Assembly (NCBI GenBank): GCA_040954595.2
Contig: CM082580.2
Span: 1,354,783-1,418,782, forward strand
Reading direction: 5' to 3'
Source of the DNA: Balanoglossus misakiensis
Lineage: Eukaryota; Animalia; Hemichordata
DNA length: 64,000 nucleotides
Below, piece after piece: positions 29,601 through 44,227 of the stretch. The notes beneath the pieces were generated by a model, which had not been told where the DNA came from, made no database searches, and saw nothing but the letters and a program-made list of their open reading frames with translations. Every line of letters begins with the position of its first letter. The stretch's first letter is position 1. A program made the translations under genes and the position numbers.

Positions 29601-32600
29601 AAAGTCGAAAATTTGTCATTTTTTTATGATTTTCACCCATGATTTTTTTCAAAAATCGACGAAATTTTGAGATTTTGCAAAGTCGAACATTTTTCATTTA
29701 TTGATGATTTTTACCCATGATTTTTTTTCAAAAATTGACGAAATTTTAAGATTGTGCAGTCGAAAATTTGTCATTTTTTGATGATTTTCACCCATTTTTT
29801 TTCAAAAATCGACGAAATTTTGAGTTTTTGCAAAGTCGAAAATTTGTCATTTTTTGAAGATTTTCACCCATGTTTTTTTTTAAAATCGACGGACTTTTGA
29901 GATTTTGCAAAGTCGAAAATTTGTCATTTTTTGATGATTTTCACCCATGTTTTTTTTTCGACGAACCCATGTTTTTTTTTCCAAAATCGACGATATTTTG
30001 AGATTTTGCAAAGTCGAAAATTTGTCATTTTTTTATGATTTCCCCCCCCCCCACGATTTTTTTTTTCAAAAATCGACGAAAATCTCGAAGTTCTTGCAAA
30101 GTCGAAAATTTGTCATTTTTTGATGATTTTCACCCATGATTTTTTTTAAAAATCGACGAACCCATACTTTTTTCAAAATCGACAACATTTTGAGATTTTG
30201 CAGTCGAAAATTTGTCAATTTTCGATGATTTTCATCCATGTTTTTTTTCAAAAATCGACGAAATTTTGAGATTTTGCAAAGTCGAAAATTTGTCATTTAT
30301 TAATGATTTTCACCCATGATTTTTTTTCAAAAATCGACAAATTTTTGAGATTTTGCAAAGTCGAAAATTTGTAATTTTTTGATGATTTTCACCCTTTTTT
30401 TTTCAAAAATCAACGAACCCATGATTTTTTTTCAAAAATCTACGAAATTTTGAGATTTTGCAAAGTCGAAAATTTGTCATTTTTTGATTATTTTCACCCA
30501 TGATTTTTTTCAAAAATCGACAAAATTTTTAGATTTTGCAAAGTCGAAAATTTGTAATTTTTTGATGATTTTTACCCATGATTTTTTTTTTCAAAAATCG
30601 ACGAAATTTTGAGATTTTGCAAAGACGAAAATTTGTAATTTTTTGATGATTTTCACCCATATTTTTTTTCAAAATTGAACGAACCCATGATTTTTTTCAA
30701 AAATCGACGAAATTTTGAGATTTTGCAAAGTCGAAAATGTGTCATTTTTTGATGATTTTCACCCATGATTTTTTTCAAAAATCGACAAAATTTTGAGATT
30801 TTGCAAATTCGAAAATTTGTCATTTTTTGATGATTTTCACCCATGTTTTTTTTCAAAAATCAACGAACCCATGATTTTTTTTCAAAAATCGACGAAATTT
30901 TGAGATTTTGCAAAGTCGAAAATTTGTCATTTTTTGATTATTTTCACCCATGATTTTTTTCAAAAATCGACAAAATTTTTAGATTTAGCAAAGTCGACAA
31001 TTTGTCATTTTTTGATGATTTTCACCATGATTTTTTTTTAAAAAATGACGAAATTTTGAGATTTTGCAAAGACGAAAATTTGTCATTTTTTGATGATTTT
31101 CACCCATGATTTTTTTTCAAAAATGTACGAAATTTTGAGATTTTGCAAAGTCGAAAATTTGTAATTTTTTGATGATTTTCACCAATGTTTTTTTTTAAAA
31201 ATCAACGAACCCATGATTTTTTTCAAAAATTGACACCAATGTTTTTTTTTTAAAATCAACGAACTCATGATTTTTTTAAAAAATTGACATTTTGAGATTT
31301 TGCAAAGTCGAAAATTTGTCATTTTTTGATGATTTTCACCATGATTGTTTTTTTCAAAAATCGACAAAATTTTTAGATTTTGCAAAGTCGAAAATTTGTA
31401 ATTTTTTGATGATTTTTACCCATGATTTTTTTTTCCAAAAATCGACGAAATTTTGAGATTTTGCAAAGACGAAAATTTGTAATTTTTTGATGATTTTCAC
31501 CCATGACTTTTTTTCAAAAATTTACGAAATTTTGAGATTTTGCAAAGTCGAAAATTTGTCATTTTTTGATGATTTTTTCCCATGATTTTGTTTTTCAAAA
31601 ATCGACCAAATTTTGGAATTTTGCAAAGACGAAAATTTGTCATTTTTTGATGATTTTCACCCATGATTTTTTTCAAAAATCGACGAACCCATGATTTTTT
31701 TTTCCAAAATCTACGAAATTTTGAGATTTTGCAAAGTCGAAAATTTGTAATTTTTTGATGATTTTCACCCATGTTTTTTTTTCCAAAATCGACGAAATTT
31801 TGAGATTTTGCAAATTCGAAAATTTGTAATTTTTTGATGATTTTCACCCATGTTTTTTTTCAAAAATCAACGAACCCATGATTTTTTTTCAAAAATCGAC
31901 AAAATTTTGAGATTTTGCAAAGTCGAAAATTTGTCATTTTTTGATGATTTTCACCCATGATTTTTCTCAAAAATCGACGAAATTTTGAGATTTTGCAAAG
32001 TCGAAAATTTGTAATTTTTTGATGATTTTTACCCATGATTTTTTTTCAAAAATCGACGAAATTTTGAGATTTTGCAAAGTCGAAAATTTGTCATTTATTA
32101 ATGATTTTCACCCATGATTTTTTTTTCAAAAATCGACAAAATTTTGAGATTTTGCAAAGTCGAAAATTTGTAATTTTTTGATGATTTTCACCCATGTTTT
32201 TTTTCAAAATTGAACGAACCCATGATTTTTTTCAAAAATCGACGAAATTTTGAGATTTTGCAAAGTCGAAAATTTGTCATTTTTTGATGATTTTCACCCA
32301 TGATTTTTTTCAAAAATCGACAAAATTTTTAGATTTTGCAAAGTCGAAAATTTGTAATTTTTTGATGATTTTTACCCATGATTTTTTTTTTCAAAAATCG
32401 ACGAAATTTTGAGATTTTGCAAAGACGAAAATTTGTAATTTTTTGATGATTTTCACCCATGTTTTTTTTTCAAAAATCAACGAACCCATGATTTTTTTTC
32501 AAAAATCGACAATATTTTGAGATTTTGCAAAGTTGAACATTTGTCATTTGTTGATGATTTTCACCCATGTTTTTTTTTTTCAAAAATGGACGAACCCATG

Positions 32601-35600
32601 TTTTTTTTTTTCAAAAATCGACGAATTTTTGAAAATTTTGTTAAGTCGAAAATTTGTTATTTTTTTGATGATTTCCCCCCCCCCCCCACGATTTTTTTTT
32701 TCAAAAATCGACGAAATTTTGAGATTTTGCAAAGTTGAACATTTGTCATTTGTTGATGATTTTCACCCATGTTTTTTTTTTCAAAAATGGACGAACCCAT
32801 GTTTTTTTTTTAAAATCGACGAATTTTTCAAAATTTTGCAAAGTCGAAAATTTGTCATTTTTTTGATGATTTCCCCCCCCCCCACGATTTTTTTTTCAAA
32901 AATTGACGAAATTTTGAGATTTTGCAAAGTCGAAAATTTGTCATTTTTTGATGATTTTTTCCCATGATTTTGTTTTTCAAAAATCGACCAAATTTTGGAA
33001 TTTTGCAAAGACGAAAATTTGTCATTTTTTGATGATTTTCACCCATGATTTTTTTCAAAAATCGACGAACCCATGATTTTTTTTTCCAAAATCTACGAAA
33101 TTTTGAGATTTTGCAAAGTCGAAAATTTGTAATTTTTTGATGATTTTCACCCATGTTTTTTTTTCCAAAATCGACGAAATTTTGAGATTTTGCAAATTCG
33201 AAAATTTGTAATTTTTTGATGATTTTCACCCATGTTTTTTTTCAAAAATCAACGAACCCATGATTTTTTTTCAAAAATCGACAAAATTTTGAGATTTTGC
33301 AAAGTCGAAAATTTGTCATTTTTTGATGATTTTCACCCATGATTTTTCTCAAAAATCGACGAAATTTTGAGATTTTGCAAAGTCGAAAATTTGTAATTTT
33401 TTGATGATTTTTACCCATGATTTTTTTTCAAAAATCGACGAAATTTTGAGATTTTGCAAAGTCGAAAATTTGTCATTTATTAATGATTTTCACCCATGAT
33501 TTTTTTTCAAAAATCGACAAAATTTTGAGATTTTGCAAAGTCGAAAATTTGTAATTTTTTGATGATTTTCACCCATGTTTTTTTTCAAAATTGAACGAAC
33601 CCATGATTTTTTTCAAAAATCGACGAAATTTTGAGATTTTGCAAAGTCGAAAATTTGTCATTTTTTGATGATTTTCACCCATGATTTTTTTCAAAAATCG
33701 ACAAAATTTTTAGATTTTGCAAAGTCGAAAATTTGTAATTTTTTGATGATTTTTACCCATGATTTTTTTTTTCAAAAATCGACGAAATTTTGAGATTTTG
33801 CAAAGACGAAAATTTGTAATTTTTTGATGATTTTCACCCATGTTTTTTTTTCAAAAATCAACGAACCCATGATTTTTTTTCAAAAATCGACAATATTTTG
33901 AGATTTTGCAAAGTTGAACATTTGTCATTTGTTGATGATTTTCACCCATGTTTTTTTTTTTCAAAAATGGACGAACCCATGTTTTTTTTTTTCAAAAATC
34001 GACGAATTTTTGAAAATTTTGTTAAGTCGAAAATTTGTTATTTTTTTGATGATTTCCCCCCCCCCCCCACGATTTTTTTTTTCAAAAATCGACGAAATTT
34101 TGAGATTTTGCAAAGTTGAACATTTGTCATTTGTTGATGATTTTCACCCATGTTTTTTTTTTCAAAAATGGACGAACCCATGTTTTTTTTTTAAAATCGA
34201 CGAATTTTTCAAAATTTTGCAAAGTCGAAAATTTGTCATTTTTTTGATGATTTCCCCCCCCCCCACGATTTTTTTTTCAAAAATTGACGAAATTTTGAGA
34301 TTTTGCAAAGTCGAAAATTTGTCATTTTTTGATGATTTTTACCCATGATTTTTTTTCAAAAATTGACGAAATTTTAAGATTTTGCTGTCGAAAATCTGTC
34401 TTTTTTTGACGATTTTACCCATGATTTTTTTCAGAAATCGACGAAATTTTGAGATTTTGCAAAGTCGAAACTTTGTCTTTTTTGATGATTTTCACTCATT
34501 ATTTTTTTCAAAAATCGACGAAATTTTCAGTTTTTGCAAAGTCGAAAATTTGTCATTTTTTGAAGATTTTCACCCATGTTTTTTTTCAAAAATCGACGAA
34601 CCCATGATTTTTTTCAAAATCGACGAAATTTTGAGATTTTGCAAAGTCGAAAATTTGTCATTTGTTGATGATTTTCATCAGCTATAACCCATTTTTTTTT
34701 CAAAAATCGACGAATTTTTGAAAATTTTGCAAAGTCGAAAATTTGTCATTTTTTTATGATTTTCACCCATGATTTTTTTCAAAAATCGACGAAATTTTGA
34801 GATTTTGCAAAGTCGAACATTTTTCATTTATTGATGATTTTTACCCATGATTTTTTTTCAAAAATTGACGAAATTTTAAGATTGTGCAGTCGAAAATTTG
34901 TCATTTTTTGATGATTTTCACCCATTTTTTTTCAAAAATCGACGAAATTTTGAGTTTTTGCAAAGTCGAAAATTTGTCATTTTTTGAAGATTTTCACCCA
35001 TGTTTTTTTTTAAAATCGACGGACTTTTGAGATTTTGCAAAGTCGAAAATTTGTCATTTTTTGATGATTTTCACCCATGTTTTTTTTTCGACGAACCCAT
35101 GTTTTTTTTTCCAAAATCGACGATATTTTGAGATTTTGCAAAGTCGAAAATTTGTCATTTTTTTATGATTTCCCCCCCCCCCCCACGATTTTTTTTTTTC
35201 AAAAATCGACGAAAATCTCGAAGTTCTTGCAAAGTCGAAAATTTGTCATTTTTTGATGATTTTCACCCATGATTTTTTTTAAAAATCGACGAACCCATAC
35301 TTTTTTCAAAATCGACAACATTTTGAGATTTTGCAGTCGAAAATTTGTCAATTTTCGATGATTTTCATCCATGTTTTTTTTCAAAAATCGACGAAATTTT
35401 GAGATTTTGCAAAGTCGAAAATTTGTCATTTATTAATGATTTTCACCCATGATTTTTTTTCAAAAATCGACAAATTTTTGAGATTTTGCAAAGTCGAAAA
35501 TTTGTAATTTTTTGATGATTTTCACCCTTTTTTTTTCAAAAATCAACGAACCCATGATTTTTTTTCAAAAATCTACGAAATTTTGAGATTTTGCAAAGTC

Positions 35601-38600
35601 GAAAATTTGTCATTTTTTGATTATTTTCACCCATGATTTTTTTCAAAAATCGACAAAATTTTTAGATTTTGCAAAGTCGAAAATTTGTAATTTTTTGATG
35701 ATTTTTACCCATGATTTTTTTTTTCAAAAATCGACGAAATTTTGAGATTTTGCAAAGACGAAAATTTGTAATTTTTTGATGATTTTCACCCATATTTTTT
35801 TTCAAAATTGAACGAACCCATGATTTTTTTCAAAAATCGACGAAATTTTGAGATTTTGCAAAGTCGAAAATGTGTCATTTTTTGATGATTTTCACCCATG
35901 ATTTTTTTCAAAAATCGACAAAATTTTGAGATTTTGCAAATTCGAAAATTTGTCATTTTTTGATGATTTTCACCCATGTTTTTTTTCAAAAATCAACGAA
36001 CCCATGATTTTTTTTCAAAAATCGACAAAATTTTGAGATTTTGCAAAGTCGAAAATTTGTCATTTTTTGATGATTTTCACCATGATTTTTTTTTAAAAAA
36101 TGACGAAATTTTGAGATTTTGCAAAGACGAAAATTTGTAATTTTTTGATGATTTTCACCCATGATTTTTTTTCAAAAATGTACGAAATTTTGAGATTTTG
36201 CAAAGTCGAAAATTTGTAATTTTTTGATGATTTTCACCCATGATTTTTTTTCAAAAATCAACGAACCCATGATTTTTTTTCAAAAATCGACAAAATTTTG
36301 AGATTTTGCAAAGTCGAAAATTTGTCATTTTTTGATGATTTTCACCCATGATTTTTCTCAAAAATCGACGAAATTTTGAGATTTTGCAAAGTCGAAAATT
36401 TGTAATTTTTTGATGATTTTCACCCATGATTTTTTTTCAAAAATCGACGAAATTTTGAGATTTTGCAATGTCGAAAATTTGTCATTTATTAATGATTTTC
36501 ACCCATGATTTTTTTTTCAAAAATCGACAAATTTTTGAGATTTTGCAAAGTCGAAAATTTGTAATTTTTTGATGATTTTCACCCATGTTTTTTTTCAAAA
36601 TTGAACGAACCCATGATTTTTTTCAAAAATCGACGAAATTTTGAGATTTTGCAAAGTCGAAAATTTGTCATTTTTTGATGATTTTCACCCATGATTTTTT
36701 TCAAAAATCGACAAAATTTTGAGATTTTGCAAAGTCGAAAATTTGTAATTTTTTGATGATTTTTACCCATGATTTTTTTTTTCAAAAATCGACGAAATTT
36801 TGAGATTTTGCAAATTCGAAAATTTGTAATTTTTTGATGATTTTCACCCTTTTTTTTTAAAAAATCAACGAACCCATGATTTTTTTTCAAAAATCTACGA
36901 AATTTTGAGATTTTGCAAAGTCGAAAATTTGTCATTTTTTGATGATTTTCACCCATGATTTTTTTCAAAAATCGACAAAATTTTTAGATTTTGCAAAGTC
37001 GAAAATTTGTAATTTTTTGATGATTTTTACCCATGATTTTTTTTTTCAAAAATCGACGAAATTTTGAGATTTTGCAAAGACGAAAATTTGTAATTTTTTG
37101 ATGATTTTCACCCATATTTTTTTTCAAAATTGAACGAACCCATGATTTTTTTCAAAAATCGACGAAATTTTGAGATTTTGCAAAGTCGAAAATTTGTCAT
37201 TTTTTGATGATTTTCACCCATGATTTTTTTCAAAAATCGACGAAATTTTGAGATTTTGCAAAGTCGAAAATGTGTCATTTTTTGATGATTTTCACCCATG
37301 ATTTTTTTCAAAAATCGACAAAATTTTGAGATTTTGCAAATTCGAAAATTTGTAATTTTTTGATGATTTTCACCCATGTTTTTTTTCAAAAATCAACGAA
37401 CCCATGATTTTTTTTCAAAAATCGACAAAATTTTGAGATTTTGCAAAGTCGAAAATTTGTCATTTTTTGATGATTTTCACCCATGATTTTTCTCAAAAAT
37501 CGACGAAATTTTGCAAAGTCGAAAATTTGTAATTTTTTGATGATTTTCACCCATGATTTTTTTTCAAAAATCGACGAAATTTTGAGATTTTGCAAAGTCG
37601 AAAATTTGTCATTTATTAATGATTTTCACCCATGATTTTTTTTCAAAAATCGACAAAATTTTGAGATTTTGCAAAGTCGAAAATTTGTAATTTTTTGATG
37701 ATTTTCACCCATGTTTTTTTTCAAAATTGAACGAACCCATGATTTTTTTCAAAAATCGACGAAATTTTGAGATTTTGCAAAGTCGAAAATTTGTAATTTT
37801 TTGATGATTTTCACCCATGATTTTTTTTCAAAAATCGACGAAATTTTGAGATTTTGCAAAGTCGAAAATTTGTCATTTATTAATGATTTTCACCCATGAT
37901 TTTTTTTCAAAAATCGACAAAATTTTGAGATTTTGCAAAGTCGAAAATTTGTAATTTTTTGATGATTTTCACCCATGTTTTTTTTCAAAATTGAACGAAC
38001 CCATGATTTTTTTCAAAAATCGACGAAATTTTGAGATTTCGCAAAGTCGAAAAGTTTGTCATTTTTTGATGATTTTCACCCATGTTTTTTTTCAAAATTG
38101 AACGAACCCATGATTTTTTTCAAAAATCGACGAAATTTTGAGATTTTGCAAAGTCGAAAATTTGTAATTTTTTGATGATTTTCACCCATGATTTTTTTTC
38201 AAAAATCGACGAAATTTTGAGATTTTGCAAAGTCGAAAATTTGTCATTTATTAATGATTTTCACCCATGATTTTTTTTCAAAAATCGACAAAATTTTGAG
38301 ATTTTGCAAAGTCGAAAATTTGTAATTTTTTGATGATTTTCACCCATGTTTTTTTTCAAAATTGAACGAACCCATGATTTTTTTCAAAAATCGACGAAAT
38401 TTTGAGATTTCGCAAAGTCGAAAATTTGTCATTTTTTGATGATTTTCACCCATGTTTTTTTTTTCAAAAATCGACGAAATTTTGAGATTTTGCAAAGTCG
38501 AAAATTTGTCATTTATTAATGATTTTCACCCATGATTTTTTTTCAAAAATCGACAAATTTTTGAGATTTTGCAAAGTCGAAAATTTGTAATTTTTTGATG

Positions 38601-41600
38601 ATTTTCACCCATGTTTTTTTTCAAAATTGAACGAACCCATGATTTTTTTCAAAAATCGACGAAATTTTGAGATTTTGCAAAGTCGAAAATTTGTCATTTT
38701 TTGATGATTTTCACCCATGATTTTTTTCAAAAATCGACAAAATTTTGAGATTTTGCAAAGTCGAAAATTTGTAATTTTTTGATGATTTTTACCCATGATT
38801 TTTTTTTTCAAAAATCGACGAAATTTTGAGATTTTGCAAAGACGAAAATTTGTAATTTTTTGATGATTTTCACCCTTTTTTTTTCAAAAATCAACGAACC
38901 CATGATTTTTTTTCAAAAATCTACGAAATTTTGAGATTTTGCAAAGTCGAAAATTTGTCATTTTTTGATGATTTTCACCCATGATTTTTTTCAAAAACGA
39001 CAAAATTTTTAGATTTTGCAAAGTCGAAAATTTGTAATTTTTTGATGATTTTTACCCATGATTTTTTTTTTCAAAAATCGACGAAATTTTGAGATTTTGC
39101 AAAGACGAAAATTTGTAATTTTTTGATGATTTTCACCCATATTTTTTTTCAAAATTGAACGAACCCATGATTTTTTTCAAAAATCGACGAAATTTTGAGA
39201 TTTTGCAAAGTCGAAAATTTGTCATTTTTTGATGATTTTCACCCATGATTTTTTTCAAAAATCGACGAAATTTTGAGATTTTGCAAAGTCGAAAATGTGT
39301 CATTTTTTGATGATTTTCACCCATGATTTTTTTCAAAAATCGACAAAATTTTGAGATTTTGCAAATTCGAAAATTTGTAATTTTTTGATGATTTTCACCC
39401 ATGTTTTTTTTCAAAAATCAACGAACCCATGATTTTTTTTCAAAAATCGACAAAATTTTGAGATTTTGCAAAGTCGAAAATTTGTCATTTTTTGATGATT
39501 TTCACCCATGATTTTTCTCAAAAATCGACGAAATTTTGAGATTTTGCAAAGTCGAAAATTTGTAATTTTTTGATGATTTTCACCCATGATTTTTTTTCAA
39601 AAATCGACGAAATTTTGAGATTTTGCAAAGTCGAAAATTTGTCATTTATTAATGATTTTCACCCATGATTTTTTTTCAAAAATCGACAAAATTTTGAGAT
39701 TTTGCAAAGTCGAAAATTTGTAATTTTTTGATGATTTTCACCCATGTTTTTTTTCAAAATTGAACGAACCCATGATTTTTTTCAAAAATCGAAGAAATTT
39801 TGAGATTTTGCAAATTCGAAAATTTGTCATTTTTTGATGATTTTCACCCATGTTTTTTTTTCCAAAATCGACGAAATTTTGAGATTTTGCAAAGTCGAAA
39901 ATTTGTCATTTTTTGATGATTTTTTCCCATGATTTTGTTTTTCAAAAATCGACCAAATTTTGAGATTTTGCAAAGACAAAAAATTGTCATTTTTTGATGA
40001 TTTTCACCCATGATTTTTTTCAAAAATCGACGAAATTTTGAGATTTTGCAAAGACGAAAATTTGTCGTTTTTTGATGATTTTCACCCATGATTTTTCTCA
40101 AAAATCGACGAAATTTTGAGATTTTGCAAAGTCAAAAATTTGTCATTATTTGATGATTTTCACCCATGATTTTTTTCAAAAATCGACGAAATTTAAGATT
40201 TTGCAAAGTCGAAAATTTGTCATTTTTTGATGATTTTCACCCATGATTTTTTTCAAAAATCGACGAAATTTTGAGATTTTGCAAAGTCGAAAATTTGTCA
40301 TTTTTTGATGATTTTCACCCATGATTTTTTTCAAAAATCGACAAAATTTTTAGATTTTGCAAAGTCGAAAATTTGTAATTTTTTGATGATTTTTACCCAT
40401 GATTTTTTTTTCAAAAATCGACGAAATTTTGAGATTTTGCAAAGACGAAACTTTTTAATTTTTTGATGATTTTCACCCATGACTTTTTTTCAAAAATTTA
40501 CGAAATTTTGAGATTTTGCAAAGTCGAAAATTTGTCATTTTTTGATGATTTTCACCTATGATTTTTTTCAAAAATCGACGAAATTTTGAGATTTTGCAAA
40601 GTCGAAAATTTGTCATTTTTTGATGATTTTCACCCATGATTTTTTTCAAAAATCGACAAAATTTTTAGATTTCGCAAAGTCGACAATTTGTCATTTTTTG
40701 ATGATTTTCACCATGATTTTTTTTTAAAAAATGACGAAATTTTGAGATTTTGCAAAGACGAAAATTTGTCATTTTTTGATGATTTTCACCCATGATTTTT
40801 TTTCAAAAATGTACGAAATTTTGAGATTTTGCAAAGTCGAAAATTTGTAATTTTTTGATGATTTTCACCAATGTTTTTTTTTTAAAAATCAACGAACCCA
40901 TGATTTTTTTCAAAAATTGACACCAATGTTTTTTTTTTAAAATCAACGAACTCATGATTTTTTTAAAAAATTGACATTTTGAGATTTTGCAAAGTCGAAA
41001 ATTTGTCATTTTTTGATGATTTTCACCATGATTGTTTTTTTCAAAAATCGACAAAATTTTTAGATTTTGCAAAGTCGAAAATTTGTAATTTTTTGATGAT
41101 TTTTACCCATGATTTTTTTTTCCAAAAATCGACGAAATTTTGAGATTTTGCAAAGACGAAAATTTGTAATTTTTTGATGATTTTCACCCATGACTTTTTT
41201 TCAAAAATTTACGAAATTTTGAGATTTTGCAAAGTCGAAAATTTGTCATTTTTTGATGATTTTTTCCCATGATTTTGTTTTTCAAAAATCGACCAAATTT
41301 TGGGATTTTGCAAAGACGAAAATTTGTCATTTTTTGATGATTTTCACCCATGATTTTTTTCAAAAATCGACGAACCCATGATTTTTTTTTCCAAAATCTA
41401 CGAAATTTTGAGATTTTGCAAAGTCGAAAATTTGTAATTTTTTGATGATTTTCACCCATGTTTTTTTTTCCAAAATCGACGAAATTTTGAGATTTTGCAA
41501 ATTCGAAAATTTGTAATTTTTTGATGATTTTCACCCATGTTTTTTTTCAAAAATCAACGAACCCATGATTTTTTTTCAAAAATCGACAAAATTTTGAGAT

Positions 41601-44227
41601 TTTGCAAAGTCGAAAATTTGTCATTTTTTGATGATTTTCACCCATGATTTTTCTCAAAAATCGACGAAATTTTGAGATTTTGCAAAGTCGAAAATTTGTA
41701 ATTTTTTGATGATTTTCACCCATGATTTTTTTTCAAAAATCGACGAAATTTTGAGATTTTGCAAAGTCGAAAATTTGTCATTTATTAATGATTTTCACCC
41801 ATGATTTTTTTTCAAAAATCGACAAAATTTTGAGATTTTGCAAAGTCGAAAATTTGTAATTTTTTGATGATTTTCACCCATGTTTTTTTTCAAAATTGAA
41901 CGAACCCATGATTTTTTTCAAAAATCGACGAAATTTTGAGATTTTGCAAAGTCGAAAATTTGTCATTTTTTGATGATTTTCACCCATGATTTTTTTCAAA
42001 AATCGACAAAATTTTTAGATTTTGCAAAGTCGAAAATTTGTAATTTTTTGATGATTTTTACCCATGATTTTTTTTTTCAAAAATCGACGAAATTTTGAGA
42101 TTTTGCAAAGACGAAAATTTGTAATTTTTTGATGATTTTCACCCATGACTTTTTTTCAAAAATTTACGAAATTTTGAGATTTTGCAAAGTCGAAAATTTG
42201 TCATTTTTTGATGATTTTCACCCATGTTTTTTTTTCAAAAATCAACGAACCCATGATTTTTTTTCAAAAATCTACGAAATTTTGAGATTTTGCAAAGTCG
42301 AAAATTTGTCATTTTTTGATGATTTTCACCCATGATTTTTTTCAAAAATCGACAAAATTTTTAGATTTTGCAAAGTCGAAAATTTGTATTTTTTTGATGA
42401 TTTTTACCCATGATTTTTTTTTTCAAAAATCGACGAAATTTTGAGATTTTGCAAAGACGAAAATTTGTAATTTTTTGATGATTTTCACCCATGTTTTTTT
42501 TTCAAAAATCAACGAACCCATGATTTTTTTTCAAAAATCGACAATATTTTGAGATTTTGCAAAGTTGAACATTTGTCATTTGTTGATGATTTTCACCCAT
42601 GTTTTTTTTTTCAAAAATGGACGAACCCATGTTTTTTTTTTTCAAAAATCGACGAATTTTTGAAAATTTTGTTAAGTCGAAAATTTGTAATTTTTTTGAT
42701 GATTTCCCCCCCCCCCACGATTTTTTTTTTCAAAAATCGACGAAATTTTGAGATTTTGCAAAGTTGAACATTTGTCATTTGTTGATGATTTTCACCCATG
42801 TTTTTTTTTTCAAAAATGGACGAACCCATGTTTTTTTTTTTAAAATCGACGAATTTTTCAAAATTTTGCAAAGTCGAAAATTTGTCATTTTTTTGATGAT
42901 TTCCCCCCCCCCATGATTTTTCTCAAAAATCGACGAAATTTTGAGATTTTGCAAAGTCGAAAATTTGTAATTTTTTGATGATTTTCACCCATGATTTTTT
43001 TTCAAAAATCGACGAAATTTTGAGATTTTGCAAAGTCGAAAATTTGTCATTTATTAATGATTTTCACCCATGATTTTTTTTCAAAAATCGACAAAATTTT
43101 GAGATTTTGCAAAGTCGAAAATTTGTAATTTTTTGATGATTTTCACCCATATTTTTTTTCAAAATTGAACGAACCCATGATTTTTTTCAAAAATCGACGA
43201 AATTTTGAGATTTTGCAAAGTCGAAAATTTGTCTTTTTTTGACGATTTTACCCATGATTTTTTTCAGAAATCGACGAAATTTTGAGATTTTGCAAAGTCG
43301 AAACTTTGTCTTTTTTGATGATTTTCACTCATTATTTTTTTCAAAAATCGACGAAATTTTCAGTTTTTGCAAAGTCGAAAATTTGTCATTTTTTGAAGAT
43401 TTTCACCCGTTTTTTTTCAAAAATCGACGAACCCATGATTTTTTTCAAAATCGACGAAATTTTGAGATTTTCCAAAGTCGAAAATTTGTCATTTGTTGAT
43501 GATTTTCATCAGCTATAACCCATTTTTTTTTCAAAAATCGACGAATTTTTGAAAATTTTGCAAAGTCGAAAATTTGTCATTTTTTGATGATTTTCACCCA
43601 TGATTTTTTTCAAAAATCGACGAAATTTTGAGATTATGCAAAGTCGAACATTTTTCATTTATTGATGATTTTTACCCATGTTTTTTTTTCCAAAATCGAC
43701 GATATTTTGAGATTTTGCAAAGTCGAAAATTTGTCATTTTTTTATGATTTCCCCCCCCCCCCCACGATTTTTTTTTTTAAAAATCGACGAAAATCTCGAA
43801 GTTCTTGCAAAGTCGAAAATTTGTCATTTTTTGATGATTTTCACCCATGATTTTTTTTTAAAAATTGACGAACCCATACTTTTTTCAAAATCGACAAAAT
43901 TTTGAGATTTTGCAGTCGAAAATTTGTCATTTTTCGATGATTTTCATCCATGTTTTTTTTCAAAAATCGACGAAATTTTGAGATTTTGCAAAGTCGAAAA
44001 TTTGTCATTTTTTGATGATTTTCACCCATGATTTTTCTCAAAAATCGACGAAATTTAGAGATTTTGCTAAGTCGAAAATTTGTCATTTTTTGATGATTTT
44101 CACCCATGATTTTTTTTTTCAAAAATCGACAAAATTCCCATTTTTTGAAGATTTTCTCCCATGTTTTTTTTCAAAAATCGACGAACCCATGATTTTTTTT
44201 CAAAATCGACGAAATTTTGAGATTTTG
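5676..44227 (+). repeat. Satellite B, T-rich orientation: ~78-bp monomer (77-81 bp) with an optional ~28-bp sub-unit; roughly 450 copies
   Basis: Unit TTTTGAGATTTTGCAAAGTCGAAAATTTGTCATTTTTTGATGATTTTCACCCATGATTTTTTTCAAAAATCGACGAAA starts at 5676 and again at 5754. The ORF track shows a 26-aa period (78 nt). An extra GAACCCATGA(T)nCAAAAATC unit occurs in some monomers. Confidence 0.98.

Noticed and set aside
1-44227. CRISPR-like regular repeats
   Set aside because: Contiguous monomers with no unique spacers and no cas genes, in a eukaryotic context.
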